Of a stretch of 39,448 bases of DNA, positions 1-11,709 are shown one piece after another. Origin of the DNA: Octopus bimaculoides (lineage: Eukaryota); the NCBI RefSeq assembly GCF_001194135.2, contig NC_068985.1, forward strand, positions 101,624,180 through 101,663,627, read 5' to 3'. Position 1 is the first letter of the stretch. The number at the start of each line of letters is the position of its first letter. The notes under the pieces are model-generated. The model saw nothing but the letters and a program-made list of their open reading frames with translations. It ran no database searches and had not been told where the DNA came from. Made by a program: the position numbers and the translations under genes.

Positions 1-10
1 ATATATATAT

Positions 11-48
<38 letters not shown>
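1..48. repeat. (TA)n microsatellite
   Basis: Near-perfect TA run at the window start. Confidence 0.95.
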
Positions 49-50
<2 letters not shown>

Positions 51-368
51 ACAAGTAAATGCAGACGAAATGTAAAGACACAGAAAAGTTAGCAGAAAAT
101 GTAGGGCCTTTTAGGTAGACGGTAGGACATTAAGAATCGACTTGGACATCCATTTATTATGAAACATGTAACGACTTCAGTTAAACAAAGGAAAACAGTA
201 TAATGTTATTTTTAAATATTGTTGTGTGAATAGTGGGTACATTAATATTTAAAGCAAATTTTAACAAAAAACAGAATCTTGAATGGCTTAATTAACAGCT
301 AATCAGCTGAGATTAAATAACTATAAGCTAAATATTTCATTTAACCTCCATCGATATTTACCAAATTA

Positions 369-515
369 ACACACATACACACACACACACACATATTTAT
401 ATACACACACACATATGTATATACACACATACACACATATGTATATATATTTGCGTGTGCGAGTGTTTGGTTGTCTGCGTGTGTGCGCGTTTTTGGTTGT
501 CTGCGTGTGTGCGTG
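369..515. repeat. Compound (CA)/(TA)/(TG) microsatellite with a 22-bp tandem duplication
   Basis: Alternating CA/TA/TG tracts; tttggttgtctgcgtgtgtgcg occurs at 466-487 and 492-513. Confidence 0.9.
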
Positions 516-1170
516 TGAAAGTGATTGTTGGGTGAATGGGTTAGTTTGTACAACCACACTCTGTAGTTTGAATGAAACCACTTCCACAATCCTTGTGTTA
601 TGGAATGCAAATACGATCTCAGTGTGATTCCAATTTCAAACTTAAAAGAATACATCCAACATTGCTGCTATTCATATCCATTCACTTATGCACAAGTTAA
701 TATAATTGCATTCATCCACATGATTACATTTGCAATTGCAAAGCAACCCCAAATACATATGGCAATAGCTAAGAATTCGTAGTTAATTACTTCAATATTA
801 TTCCGAATCCTGTCGCTATAAAACTTGTCCTTACATACTGCCATGTTCCATAAAATATTTTTTAGTCGCCGAATATTCGCAGAAGTTCCACTCGAGTATG
901 ATCATACTAAAATATATGAATACTATTTTCCTTAAAACAAAAGAAAAAATATTTACCAGAAATGAAAAAAAAAAACATTTTTTTATATGTTGGAACGTAA
1001 GAATGTCTTTTGCATGTGAGTCAGTATGATCGTATGTGAGTGTTTCCGGTGCCGTGAATCTCTTCTTTAAATTCTGAAATAATGAATGTACGTATTTATG
1101 TAATTGTGCGTATTAAGGCGATTTGTAACTGAATGGACGAAATATGTATATATGCATATGTATATCTAGA

Positions 1171-1360
1171 TTCTTCTATCCTTTTATTCGTTTCAGTCTT
1201 TTGACTGCGGCCATGCTGGAGCACCGCCTTCATTTGAACTACTCAACCCCCAGGCCTTATTCTTTGTAAGCATCGTACTTATGCTATCGGACACTTTTTC
1301 TACCTTATAAGAACGTAAACACACAAACATCAGTTGCAAAGTGATGGTGGGTGTACAAAC
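1171..1360 (-). mobile_element. tRNA-derived SINE family B, 3' half
   Basis: Reverse complement contains aaggcggtgctccagcatggccgcagtcaaaagactgaaacgaataaaag, matching the tail at 36570-36630 of this window; runs into the (TA)n tract that lies in the middle of this family. Confidence 0.85.
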
Positions 1361-1370
1361 ATATATGTAC

Positions 1371-1371
<1 letters not shown>

Positions 1372-1418
<47 letters not shown>
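1372..1418. repeat. (TA)n microsatellite
   Basis: Perfect TA run. Confidence 0.95.
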
Positions 1419-1421
<3 letters not shown>

Positions 1422-2076
1422 CTGACACACATAGGTACATGTGTTTATAAGTATACACATACATCCATACATAGATAGAGAAGGTGAAGATTAGAAAAAA
1501 GGGAATACATATATTGCTGTAGAACGGTATGTTTAAATGTGTTATGTCCGTCCACATATGCAATTTTGTGATAAATGTATCTATTTATAGGCAGGTAAAA
1601 CATTAGAGCTTATTTTTATATTTTGATTTCATCAGTCTCTTAAACATATTTGTATTCATTCGTGCCATAAATTAAATGAACCTATTCTGCCATTTATTCA
1701 TTTCTGTAGTATTACCGAGATAAATCTTCAAAATTGCTTTTCACGTTCTCCGATCACCTTTTCAATCTTATGGTGAGATTGTTAACAGATTATCTGAGAG
1801 CGTCTGGTAAATTACCAAGAATATTACACATCATTTTCACCTTTATCAGTGAATAGTGATTTCATTTGTAAACTTCATGCTTGGCGCAACCGCAAACATA
1901 TCAATCACGTGGTGTTAAATCTGATTTCGACAAAAAGTTGTTCGCTCGTACTTGTTACAAGACATGAGCGATGATTGATTGTTGGCTAGATTCCGAGAGT
2001 CACTTTCGTCTATTATTTCTATCAGGAGGAAATGCTATTATTGCCCTACTGTTAGGACAGACATTTTTGGCTTTTC

Positions 2077-2116
<40 letters not shown>

Positions 2117-2205
2117 TATCATCATCATCATCATCATCATCGTTATCGTCATCATCATCATCACCGCCATCATCAACTTCATCATCATCATCATCATCAT
2201 CGTCG

Positions 2206-2256
<51 letters not shown>

Positions 2257-2338
2257 ACATCGTTATTATAGTCTTCTTCGACGTCGTCATAGTCGTCATT
2301 TTATCATCATTTTAATTATTATTGTTATTATTATTATA
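2077..2338. repeat. (CAT)n/(ATT)n trinucleotide microsatellite
   Basis: About 260 bp of CAT units with CGT/TAT variants; source of the poly-H, poly-I and poly-M ORFs. Confidence 0.97.
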
Positions 2339-2362
2339 GAATTATATCAAGGGAGCTAGGAT

Positions 2363-2427
2363 GAAAACGACATGTCTGAAGCATGCTTCAAGTGCTGATA
2401 CCTTAAAAAAGCTAACAAAACTTCCAG
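2363..2427. repeat. Dispersed ~65-bp repeat, copy 1
   Basis: About 85% identical by eye to 2911-2973; contains the perfect 14-bp palindrome tgaagcatgcttca. Confidence 0.8.
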
Positions 2428-2910
2428 TTAAACATATACATGGCTGAAAGTGGGGTAGTGAATGAAAATTAAAAAAAAACACGTTAATCGTGAATTGGTT
2501 CCAATTTCTGGATTAAAGCAAACAATAAACATTCTTTCTTAATTAACACAATGCATGGGTGAAAATATAAGCCCGAATAATTGTACATGCCGTCCAAAGC
2601 AAGTTCACACGTCTAAATACAAATTTTCCACGTATTGATACAAAGAAAGTCTATTTTAAATCCCCTCACGACAGCCAACGTGTATATTATAGGAATAGTC
2701 AAGCAGTAAATGCTATTCCGGTCAGGAGTAAAAAATAATTAAATCATTGTATTTAAATTATTTATTATCTCTTAAAAAAATATGAAAATAAAAATCCCGT
2801 TAATGATTCTTATCAAGTAGTCAGCATACTATATGAAATTTATAAGCAATTAATACATTCAATTAACGATAATGTGCATATGTATATTATTATAACAAGA
2901 GTGTTAGGGG

Positions 2911-2973
2911 GAAAACGACATATCTCCAGCATGCTTGAAGTGCCGATCCCTTCAAAAACTACCAAAACTCCAG
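2911..2973. repeat. Dispersed ~65-bp repeat, copy 2
   Basis: gaaaacgacatatctccagcatgcttgaagtgccgatcccttcaaaaactaccaaaactccag aligns with 2363-2427. Confidence 0.8.
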
Positions 2974-3019
2974 CAATATATACCCAATTATTTTTTTCTT
3001 TTACTTGATTTTGTATGGG

Positions 3020-3203
3020 TGCTAACAAATTTACCAGCATTTCATCCGTCTTTAATATCTGAGTTACAACCCCCCCCCCACGTCTATTTTGCCTTTCATC
3101 CTTTCGACATCAAAAAATACGAACCAGTTAAACACTGGGATCAATATAATCGGCTTAGCTCTTCCCTGAAACTGCTGGCTTAGTGCCAACATTTGAAATC
3201 GAT
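3020..3203 (+). mobile_element. tRNA-derived SINE family A, diverged copy
   Basis: tttgcctttcatcctttcg core and gtgccaacatttgaaatc tail shared with other copies in the window. Confidence 0.8.
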
Positions 3204-3218
3204 ATTAGCGTTAATGAT

Positions 3219-3315
3219 AAGGCAGCGAGCTGCAAGAATCGTTGAACACTGGGGTTAATGCAATTGACTTGCTCCTTCCCACGAAATCGCTGCCCCCGTG
3301 CCAAAATTTGAAATC
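3219..3315 (+). mobile_element. SINE family A, internally deleted copy
   Basis: Head aaggcagcgagctgcaagaatcgtt joins directly to tail cactgggg...gtgccaaaatttgaaatc. Confidence 0.75.
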
Positions 3316-3334
3316 CCTATCATAGGCGTATATA

Positions 3335-3548
3335 AGAGAGTGGGCATGTAGAAACACTAGCACTTCGGGCAAAATGCTTAGCGGTCTTTCGTTGGTCTTC
3401 ACGCCGTAGTCAAATTTCGCTGAGACCTATTTTGCCTTTTATACTTTCCAGATCGATAAATTAAGCATCCCTCGAGTACTGGGGACAAGGCAAATGACAT
3501 AACTCCTTCCGTAAACTTACTGCCCTTGCATGAAAATTTGAAAACCAA
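3335..3548 (+). mobile_element. SINE family A, diverged copy
   Basis: gggcaaaatgcttagcggt, ttttgcctttt, gatcgataaattaag, gtactgggg and aaaatttgaaaaccaa occur in family order. Confidence 0.8.
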
Positions 3549-4409
3549 CAGTATATATGAATGTATGTAAACATGACTTTAGCAACTGCCTGTATTTTGA
3601 GAACAAATATAGTTATCTACAACAATGTGGATCATAAAACATTTTCTATACCAATTACTAAGCCGCAACTGTATCTTGAATTTCTATATTTAACAGGATC
3701 AAAGGAATACAAATGTAAAATAGTTCGTTATCTATGCATGGCTGACCTATATTAATTCATTTCAAATCATTGTCTATAATATAACGGTTTTCGTGGCATG
3801 GGCAAAGTTTAAGGGCAGAAAGACAATTTAATATATGAATCAGTAACAATAAACTTTTTTCGGGACGATGGAAGCAGTTATTCTTAATATTTTACGTAAA
3901 CGGGTAATCCCACCAACTGTCTGTAAGAAGAATATTTTACTCAATGCAATTCGCAGAAAATATATTTGAGCAAAACTGCACCAGAGTCCACATTATATAT
4001 CTGCATGCCGTGAATAACATTTTCCATTACGTAATCGTCTACGTATTCTCAAGATGCATTCAATACTATTTTAGAAAAAGCCTCAAAGACGGGCCAGCTG
4101 TGGAATCTTATTGATCCTTATCATCAAAGTAATTTGAATCCACGCAAATCTCTTATAATTAGGAATGAGGTATAGCGCTTTACACAATGAATATGGAATA
4201 AAGACTTGTAAGAAAAATAATAGCGAAATTCGTTTCGGTGGTAGATTAATATATGACGAGAAATCGACTTTCAACTTATGCTTAATTTAATCCTCAAAAC
4301 TGAACGCTGAAGCCAGAATATCGTGCAAGTTTTTGCTGCCTCATTATTGCTTAGCATGTAAGTTACAAATTCCTTCTGCATTGCTTAGTTTCCATAAATA
4401 CGTTATACA

Positions 4410-4512
4410 ACGCACACGCACAAACACACACACAAACACACACATACACACACAGACACAGAGACGCACAGACACACAAACACACACATACACGCACAGA
4501 CACAGAGACACA

Positions 4513-4590
<78 letters not shown>

Positions 4591-4600
4591 CATATTTAGA
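4410..4600. repeat. (CA)n/(CAGA)/(TA)n compound microsatellite
   Basis: Directly visible. Confidence 0.95.
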
Positions 4601-5164
4601 GATACATATGATATATGTACATATTTGTGCATGCCTGTATGTATGTAGGAAATTTATGCATGTGTGCATATACATAGCCAGTGTCTACAGAGGTTTAGAT
4701 TAGCATGAGATATAATTAAAACGCTCTTAACCTCTTTGAAAAGTTCTGCTTTGTGTCATTTCAGTACTACTTTGATAGAATATTTTCTCTCACATCTTAG
4801 CTTGTAATAGTCCGCTTGAATTTATATGAAGCGAATATGTATGTATATTTAGTATGACTTCTTTGAACGTCTTTAAATAACTTCCAATATGGAGCTTCGA
4901 ATGGCTATCGTCCAATAACTGAAATAAGTTTAATATTCTCAAGAACTATATAAAACGACATGAATAGAGAAAAAGAAGAAAAACATATATATGCTGAGAT
5001 ATTCATTGGCAGCAATATGAACTATATTGAGCGCATAACTTAAGCAATGAGCAAATAGAAGGGAAAATGAGGTGAATGTAAAGGAGAAACAAGACTGTTT
5101 AAATTAGATGACAAGATTGATGAAATACTATGATTATATGAATACTCATGTATATGAGTGTCTC

Positions 5165-5340
5165 TCCACGCACACGTACACACTGGTTGAAGCACACGCA
5201 CACACACATACACATAAATATACATATATGTGTGTGTGTGCGTATATATATATATATATATATGTATGAATGCATGCAGACATATATGAGCATGTGCGTA
5301 CTTGTATGTATTGACGTGTATATATGTATATTTATATGTT
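5165..5340. repeat. (CA)/(TG)/(TA) compound microsatellite
   Basis: Directly visible; a CA tract followed by a TG tract makes it self-complementary. Confidence 0.85.
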
Positions 5341-6066
5341 GATACTTCTACAGAAAATTCTCATGATGCGCAAGATTGATGAATTGGCGTTGGTACAGAG
5401 AGAAATACCGTATAAGCTACACATCGACTACTCTTAAGTATGCCGTGTAATGCAAACAATGTTGGTACTTTATAACAATAAGAATATCATGAAATATGTT
5501 TGCTATCCGATATAGGAACAGAGCCGCTATCTCAGGATTTTGATTGATGCAAAATATATTCAATAATCACAGCTTATTTTCCTTTTCCGTATATATTCCA
5601 TATATAGCAATAAGATGAACACTGAAAGTGACCCTTATTTGATATATCTCTTACAAGATATAAGCTCATAGATTTACTTCCTACAAATCTAAGAATCGAA
5701 GTTTGCATTTAATTATTATATTTCAAAAGCTGATTGTTCACGGTTACGTACAAAAAGATAATTATAAGCTTATAAATAAAATCATTTATTTTCTTAAAGA
5801 ATTTCCAATTGGTAACTCAAAATTCGATTTTCGAAAATAAGAAACAGATAAAAATAACGGTAATAGTAATAATAATAATTACAAGATCGGAGATAAGTGT
5901 ACAACTTTATTTTTCAAGTATTTTAATTTATCGACCGCAAATAGATAGGGACAAAAATAAACAGGGCGTTGTGAAGTTCCACTACAATGACAACATCAGC
6001 AACAAAAGTAATAGCCATAGAGCTTCCTATTATTGACACAAGGCCTGAAATTTTAGGAGAGCGTCA

Positions 6067-6152
6067 CAGTCGATTCCAACCGCCCGGATGCTCACAATTT
6101 ATCGACCGCGAAGGAAGAGAAGTAAAGTTGACCACGGCGGTATATGAACTCA
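6067..6152 (-). mobile_element. SINE family A fragment
   Basis: aatttatcgaccgcgaagg...aaagttgaccacggcggtatatgaactca resembles the reverse-complement core seen at 8708-8765. Confidence 0.65.
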
Positions 6153-6184
6153 ATAGATTCAATGTAGCCAAACAGAAGTTTCTG

Positions 6185-7050
6185 GAAAATAGGTGGGAGT
6201 GGCTGATGAAAGGAACCCTAAAAGAAAAAAAGAGCGAGCACTATACTGGCAGCACACGACCAGGTTTTGGCCATGAACTAGAGAGTCAACCTGAAGAATG
6301 AGCTAATGTCACCGCTGTGCCGCATCTGCAATACATTGGATGAAACCAGTCGATTATATTGGCCCTAGTATTTGGGAACTTGGAATGTTACTTTGGTACA
6401 CATTGTGGCAGAATGCCCCAAGTTGGCACAGGAAGCATATAAGAAATAGAGACACGACCAGGTTATAAACGTAACATACTGTACTGGAAACTGTATCAGA
6501 AATGGGAATTTGAAGCAGGAAACACATGGTACAATCCTCGAGTCGAATGTGTACTAGAGTCGAAGAAATGTAACATTTTGTTGGACTTTTCTATTCAACT
6601 GGACAAGGAATTAGAAAATAATAGACTGGACACAACGATCATAAACAAAGAAAAGCGACGTTGCTTACTAACCGACCCGTCATGACCGTTTGATTCCAGA
6701 ATCGTATAGAAAGCTGAAGAAAGACAGAAAATATCCAATCCTTTAAAATATGAAATCGCAAGTATTTAGAGCATGAGAACAGTAAAGGTCGTGCCTATAT
6801 TAGTTGGTGCAATGGGAACAGTAAGCAAAGATATTGACAAATAGATGCCCGAGATTGGAATAGAATGTTCCATAGAGCTCCCACAGAAAGCTTGTCTCTT
6901 ATGAACAGTAAGGGTTATCAGGAATGTTCTAAGCATATGAAGGACTGCTGAAATCTTGTGGGTACCTTAGGTTACAGGTAGTAAGTTGCTATCCACATAG
7001 TTTTTACCAGGAATAAGTCTGAACCGGAGCTAAACCAAAATAAGGATTAT
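6185..7050 (+). mobile_element. R4/Dong-clade non-LTR retrotransposon, 3' fragment (CCHC knuckle + RLE + 3' UTR), decayed
   Basis: Manual translation with stops and frameshifts: WEWLMKGTLK..STILAAHDQVL..SPLCRICNTLDET / HIVAECPKLAQEAYKK*RHDQV / WKLYQKWEFEAGNTWY..VLESKKCNILLDFSIQLDKELENNRLD..LKYEIA..VVPILVGAMGTV..LPQKACLL*TVRVIRNVLSI* (stop at 6938-6940). This is the CRxC..ET..HI..C / RHD / PD..D..K..Y layout of RLE LINEs. Confidence 0.9.
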
Positions 7051-7150
7051 AACAATATCAACAATAGCAAAAAAAAATAACAACAACAACGACAACAACA
7101 ATAATAATAATAATAAGAAGAAGAAGAATTAATTGAATTGAATTGAATTA
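7050..7150 (+). repeat. (AAC)/(AAT)/(AAG)/(AATTG) compound tail of the R4-like element
   Basis: Directly follows the element's 3' UTR. Confidence 0.85.
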
Positions 7151-8536
7151 GCAGTAACATTCGCATTTTATTTAGCCATCGAATTTTGTTCATAAAACAC
7201 GTTTGAATTGTATAGTATACTTTAGGACCTATTTTTATTGTAGTGTTACATGCTATAAACATGTATTTTCCAATATGCAAATCACTAATATCATTTAATG
7301 ATGAGTACAAGTAAATGCAGCATTAGAAGGTAAATCAACCACAGATATATCGACACTTTCCGTTGCATTCAAGGCAATCTGCACAGATATTTAATAGCGA
7401 AATTAGAGCCTGTTCGCGATGCATATGAATGAAAGGATGGCTGACATAATATCGATTCGATGAACGACCTAGACGCCCAGTAATATTTGTAATTTTCGTA
7501 ATTAAAATGTCCTTCATGAACAGTCACTCTCTATGATATTATCTTTATGACCGATTAAATTAAAATATATTTTAATCTACTATGCACGTAGAACATTGAA
7601 TAAATTACACTTCAAACTTCAGGGGCAATTTTATATTGTAAAAGATGCATAAACAGAATATAAATACGCTTGTGGAAAGTTAATTTTAGCTTCCTTAAAT
7701 TCTTCTCTCTTATAGAATCGAATTCTCTTTTGGTTCATAGCCTCAGATTTGATAAACATTTATTGTACTAGGCTTAACCAGTCGATATTACCTTAGTAAC
7801 TTAGAAGAGATCTTTATGATAAGAGATCAGAATTTAGTTACCATACTGATATAATGTCTGCGAATTTATTCAAAGACCAATAAAACAATGATGACATCAG
7901 AAGAAGCGACAGAATTGTCTGCAGTAATTGCTCTATATTGCTCGCAGAACAAATTGTTGTATAAGTTATAGTATTTTATTGGAAGTGTAAATACGACTCC
8001 ATCACCATCAACAGCTGATCGCCAATAAAATTTGATTGATTCTGCATTCAAGAATATAAAACATCATGTGCTATAACATCACAAGCTAAAGGAAATTGTC
8101 AAAGATGTCACATGTGCGTGCTGTCTAGTGTTTAGAGTTAGTATTAGAGATGTAAATAGAAGATATTATATTAATGTGTGATTTCCAGCAGTTTCGATTG
8201 TGGATTGTTTCGTTATGCCTTCATCACAATCTCTACATCGGGATATATTTTTATCTCTCGCATTTTTTTTCTTTTACACAGATATCGACGTTATTGTATT
8301 TCTAGATTAATATAACATCGTTCATGTAATCACTCATTCGTTCATCTATATGGTTTTTCTATTGATATGTTATCTTATTTTCGTATACACCCACATTTAC
8401 ACTTACAAACAAACACAATATATATGCGTATATAGGAAGAGAGATAGCGACAGATTGATAGAGAGAAACCGTTGTATAGATGCACATACACATATGAACG
8501 CACACACAGACACACACAAACACACACACACACACA

Positions 8537-8576
8537 NNNNNNNNNNNNNNNNNNNNNNNNNNNNNNNNNNNNNNNN
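8537..8576. other. Assembly gap within a (CA)n tract
   Basis: N run. Confidence 1.
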
Positions 8577-8614
8577 TGTATATGTGTTTGTGTATTAGAT
8601 CTCTTCATTTTATT

Positions 8615-8835
8615 TATTTCCCACAAGGGGCTAAACATAGAGGGGACAAACAAGGACGGACAAAGGGAATAAGTCGATTACATCAACCCAGTCCGTAATT
8701 GGTACTTAATTTATCGACCCCAAAGAATGAAAGGCAAAGTCGACCTCGCAGAATTTGAACTCAGAACGTAACGGCAGACGAAATACTGCTAAGCATTTCG
8801 CCCGGCGTGCTAACAATTCTGCTACCTTGCCGCAT
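8615..8835 (-). mobile_element. SINE family A, near full length
   Basis: ggtacttaatttatcgacccc...aaaggcaaagtcgacctcg...aatttgaactcagaacg...ctaagcatttcgcccggcgtgctaac; B-box-like gagttcaaattc on the - strand. Confidence 0.9.
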
Positions 8836-11444
8836 TATCTCTTCATTTTATTTGTCTATCATGTCATCACCACAGATATTCCGTACCAAAAGGACTGAGC
8901 ACTATAAGATATATGTTCCGTATGGAAATGGTCTCGTTCAAAGGAATACAAAACGAATTTTATAGTCATTTCGAAAATTTCCGCAAATGACATGTGAAAA
9001 GTCTTTGTCTACATGTTGGAATGTATCAGGACTGTCAGAGTGGTCATTCTCATTCTAAACTCCAAAAACTAAAGGGTTTTGATAATAGAAGGTCAGATGC
9101 TGGTGATGCAAGAATTACTTGACTATAAGGCAGTACTAGGGCAAGTCTGGCACGTAATCTTATTTTGCAGTCGCTGCATTGTCGACGTGTGTCATACGTA
9201 GGATTCTACTCTCGTGGCAGACGCTTCTCTGCCAACAAAACGGTATCAAGACCGGATGGAAGCAACTCCTTATACGTGTGTACAACTTCAACGGATAGTA
9301 CCTATTTCTAATATTAAGTGTAAACAATTCAAGCTTACTTAATTTACCACATTTGCTTTTTGTACATTGAACATAATACATAATTAAATATGATAATATA
9401 TTTATTTTCATACAAATATAATTATAACCGATAGTAATTCAAAGTGCACAGCATGCATCTTTGTCCTTGTGTGCCGTTTGATATAAACAAATACACATGG
9501 AATAAATATCGACTCCGCAAATTGTCTACCTAGCATTGTACACTATCAGCTTGAATTAAAAATACATACGGTTGAAAACGAGAATTTCACAAATAAAAGA
9601 ACATTGCTACGATCCAGCAATCGAATCAGTCCCTCTGTCTTAATTCATAAGACGTGGAATAGTTCGATCCATTTGGGCGTCAGCTATAACTGTTTGATCC
9701 GCAGGTGCATCGTTTATACTAAAGGGGATACTTTTCGGCTATATGATTTCGGAGTTAAAATCATGTTGAGGGTGATAAACAATAACTTAGTATTGTATTA
9801 GACATGGATGCTTCTCTTTCTTTCTGTCATTCTTTATAACGCCTTTATTTATTTCTCAAAGTCGGCCTTTTGAATGAGCTAATGGAAGTCCATTTGCATC
9901 ATGATATACCAAGCATATAACCATAGTCTATATAGAGAGAAAATGATAGGAATGATCACATCATTGTGCAAAACTTTTCAAAAGAACCACATGAACTGTT
10001 GTGAAGAGAGAAACACAAATACTAGTCAGCCACCTAAAATATATATTGATGACAACAAGAGTCAGATAAATTTAAAAAATTAAAAACAATGAAGAAATTA
10101 GGTAATATATGTAAAAAAAACAGCATCATATTTGTATATTGAATTTAATTGATTCATGTGTGTCAGTAGACGAAATTGGAAACTGAACGTTCTGTCACAA
10201 TTTCAGGTCTATTGTTCATCGATATACCTAGCATGCGTGCAGTGAGGAAAGGTTGGATGTACTTTTACAGATATTATAAAGTAATAAAATTGGCTGTAGG
10301 CGAAAATAACTTACAATCAACTAAAATATACATATATAAATATGGTTAAAAAATTAATATATAAAAAATTAATGAAATAACGTGAAACTAAACGAACCGT
10401 ATAAACTAATTGCACTATAGTTTGTAGAACAATCCAGAATCGATATAAAAGTTATCTAAAAACTAAAAAGCACCATAGAAAGAAAACACAGTACATGACC
10501 AATATCATTGAACATTCAACGCAAAGGAAAATGCAATCTACACAAGGCGCGCTACAGAAAGTGTCTGAACTGAAGCAAAAATATGACACCTGGATAACGC
10601 TACATTGAATCAAATTTTAATGATAGGATATATAAGAATGCAATATATTGCACCAAGGGTATAATATCAAGTTGATTCTATAAAATGCGCAATTCATAAA
10701 AAAAGGACCTCATTATTTATTTGTTACACAGTATGTATATGGAGAAGAAAATTAATATGGAATTGAAATTTCTTTCAGTAGACGAAATATCTCTCTGTAA
10801 TACGGTAATTTCCTGACTACAATAATATGGAATATGCATATCCATATTGATACGGACTTCGAAGTAAATTGAACAGATGTCTTAGTAAAAGATTGAAATA
10901 GAAAAATAGGTACCGAGATAGATTTTTCAAACGACTCTGACGAAAATAGTGTGATAAGAATTCAATCAAACGCTCGAATTGCCAGAAAAATTACATAGAA
11001 ATAAAGAGTGTATGGGAAGCGAAAATGAACGCAATGCCAAAAGTATACAAGACAAATTCTCTGAAAAAGGACAGGAAGAAAATGCAAAAAGTGTATCCTC
11101 CGTTTAAATATTATGCAGATAGACACACACGTGTGTGTATATTTATTTATGTGAGCATGCGTGTATGTGTTTATGTATATATAAAGTAACAAACTGAGGA
11201 AAAGAGCTCCTTCAAAGGTGTGTGTTAAACATCCAATTCACTGATACTTCAGACGTCAATTGAATACCATATAAATATGGGAATAATGCAATTACAAAGA
11301 TAAATTAAATATTTTATTTATATTATAACATTACATAATATACTATGAATATAACAAAATTACATGACATAACAATTATTTCAAAAATTAAAAGGACCAA
11401 CACATTGTTTCGACTTATATACATTTTCTTTTATATATATACTT

Positions 11445-11686
11445 TAACAGTTCCCTTATATATAAATCACTTCAGGGTCATGGCTTAAAGGTAGACGAAA
11501 TTCTGTGTGAAAGGACAGCTAGAATGTAAAACAATTAATTCAAATATCTATGTATTGTGAGAGTGAGCGTTAACTATTCATTCATACATCAATTACAATT
11601 TAAAAAAACAATAAAACACTCTAACAGACGATATATATAAATAAACTATGACCCTGAAATGACTGATACATATAAGGGAACTGTTA
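11445..11686. mobile_element. Candidate MITE with ~42-bp terminal inverted repeats
   Basis: taacagttcccttatat (11445) is the exact reverse complement of atataagggaactgtta (ending 11686); a second block ttcagggtcat / atgaccctgaa also pairs; non-coding interior; TA-rich flanks. Confidence 0.65.
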
Positions 11687-11709
11687 TTCTGTGTATATAT
11701 ATATATATA

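Noticed and set aside
341-655. VCVC/THTH/YIYI ORFs throughout the window
   Set aside because: Dinucleotide microsatellite translations
1971-2359. Poly-His, poly-Ile and poly-Met ORFs (also 16442-16732, 20523-20857, 22670-22925)
   Set aside because: Translations of trinucleotide microsatellites, open in several frames at once
3515-3616. - strand exon ending in GTAAGT
   Set aside because: The donor lies within a SINE-A tail and the peptide is low-information
7866-8051. 61-aa - strand ORF that reads protein-like (FYWRSAVDGDGVVFTLP...)
   Set aside because: No good splice boundaries and no recognised family
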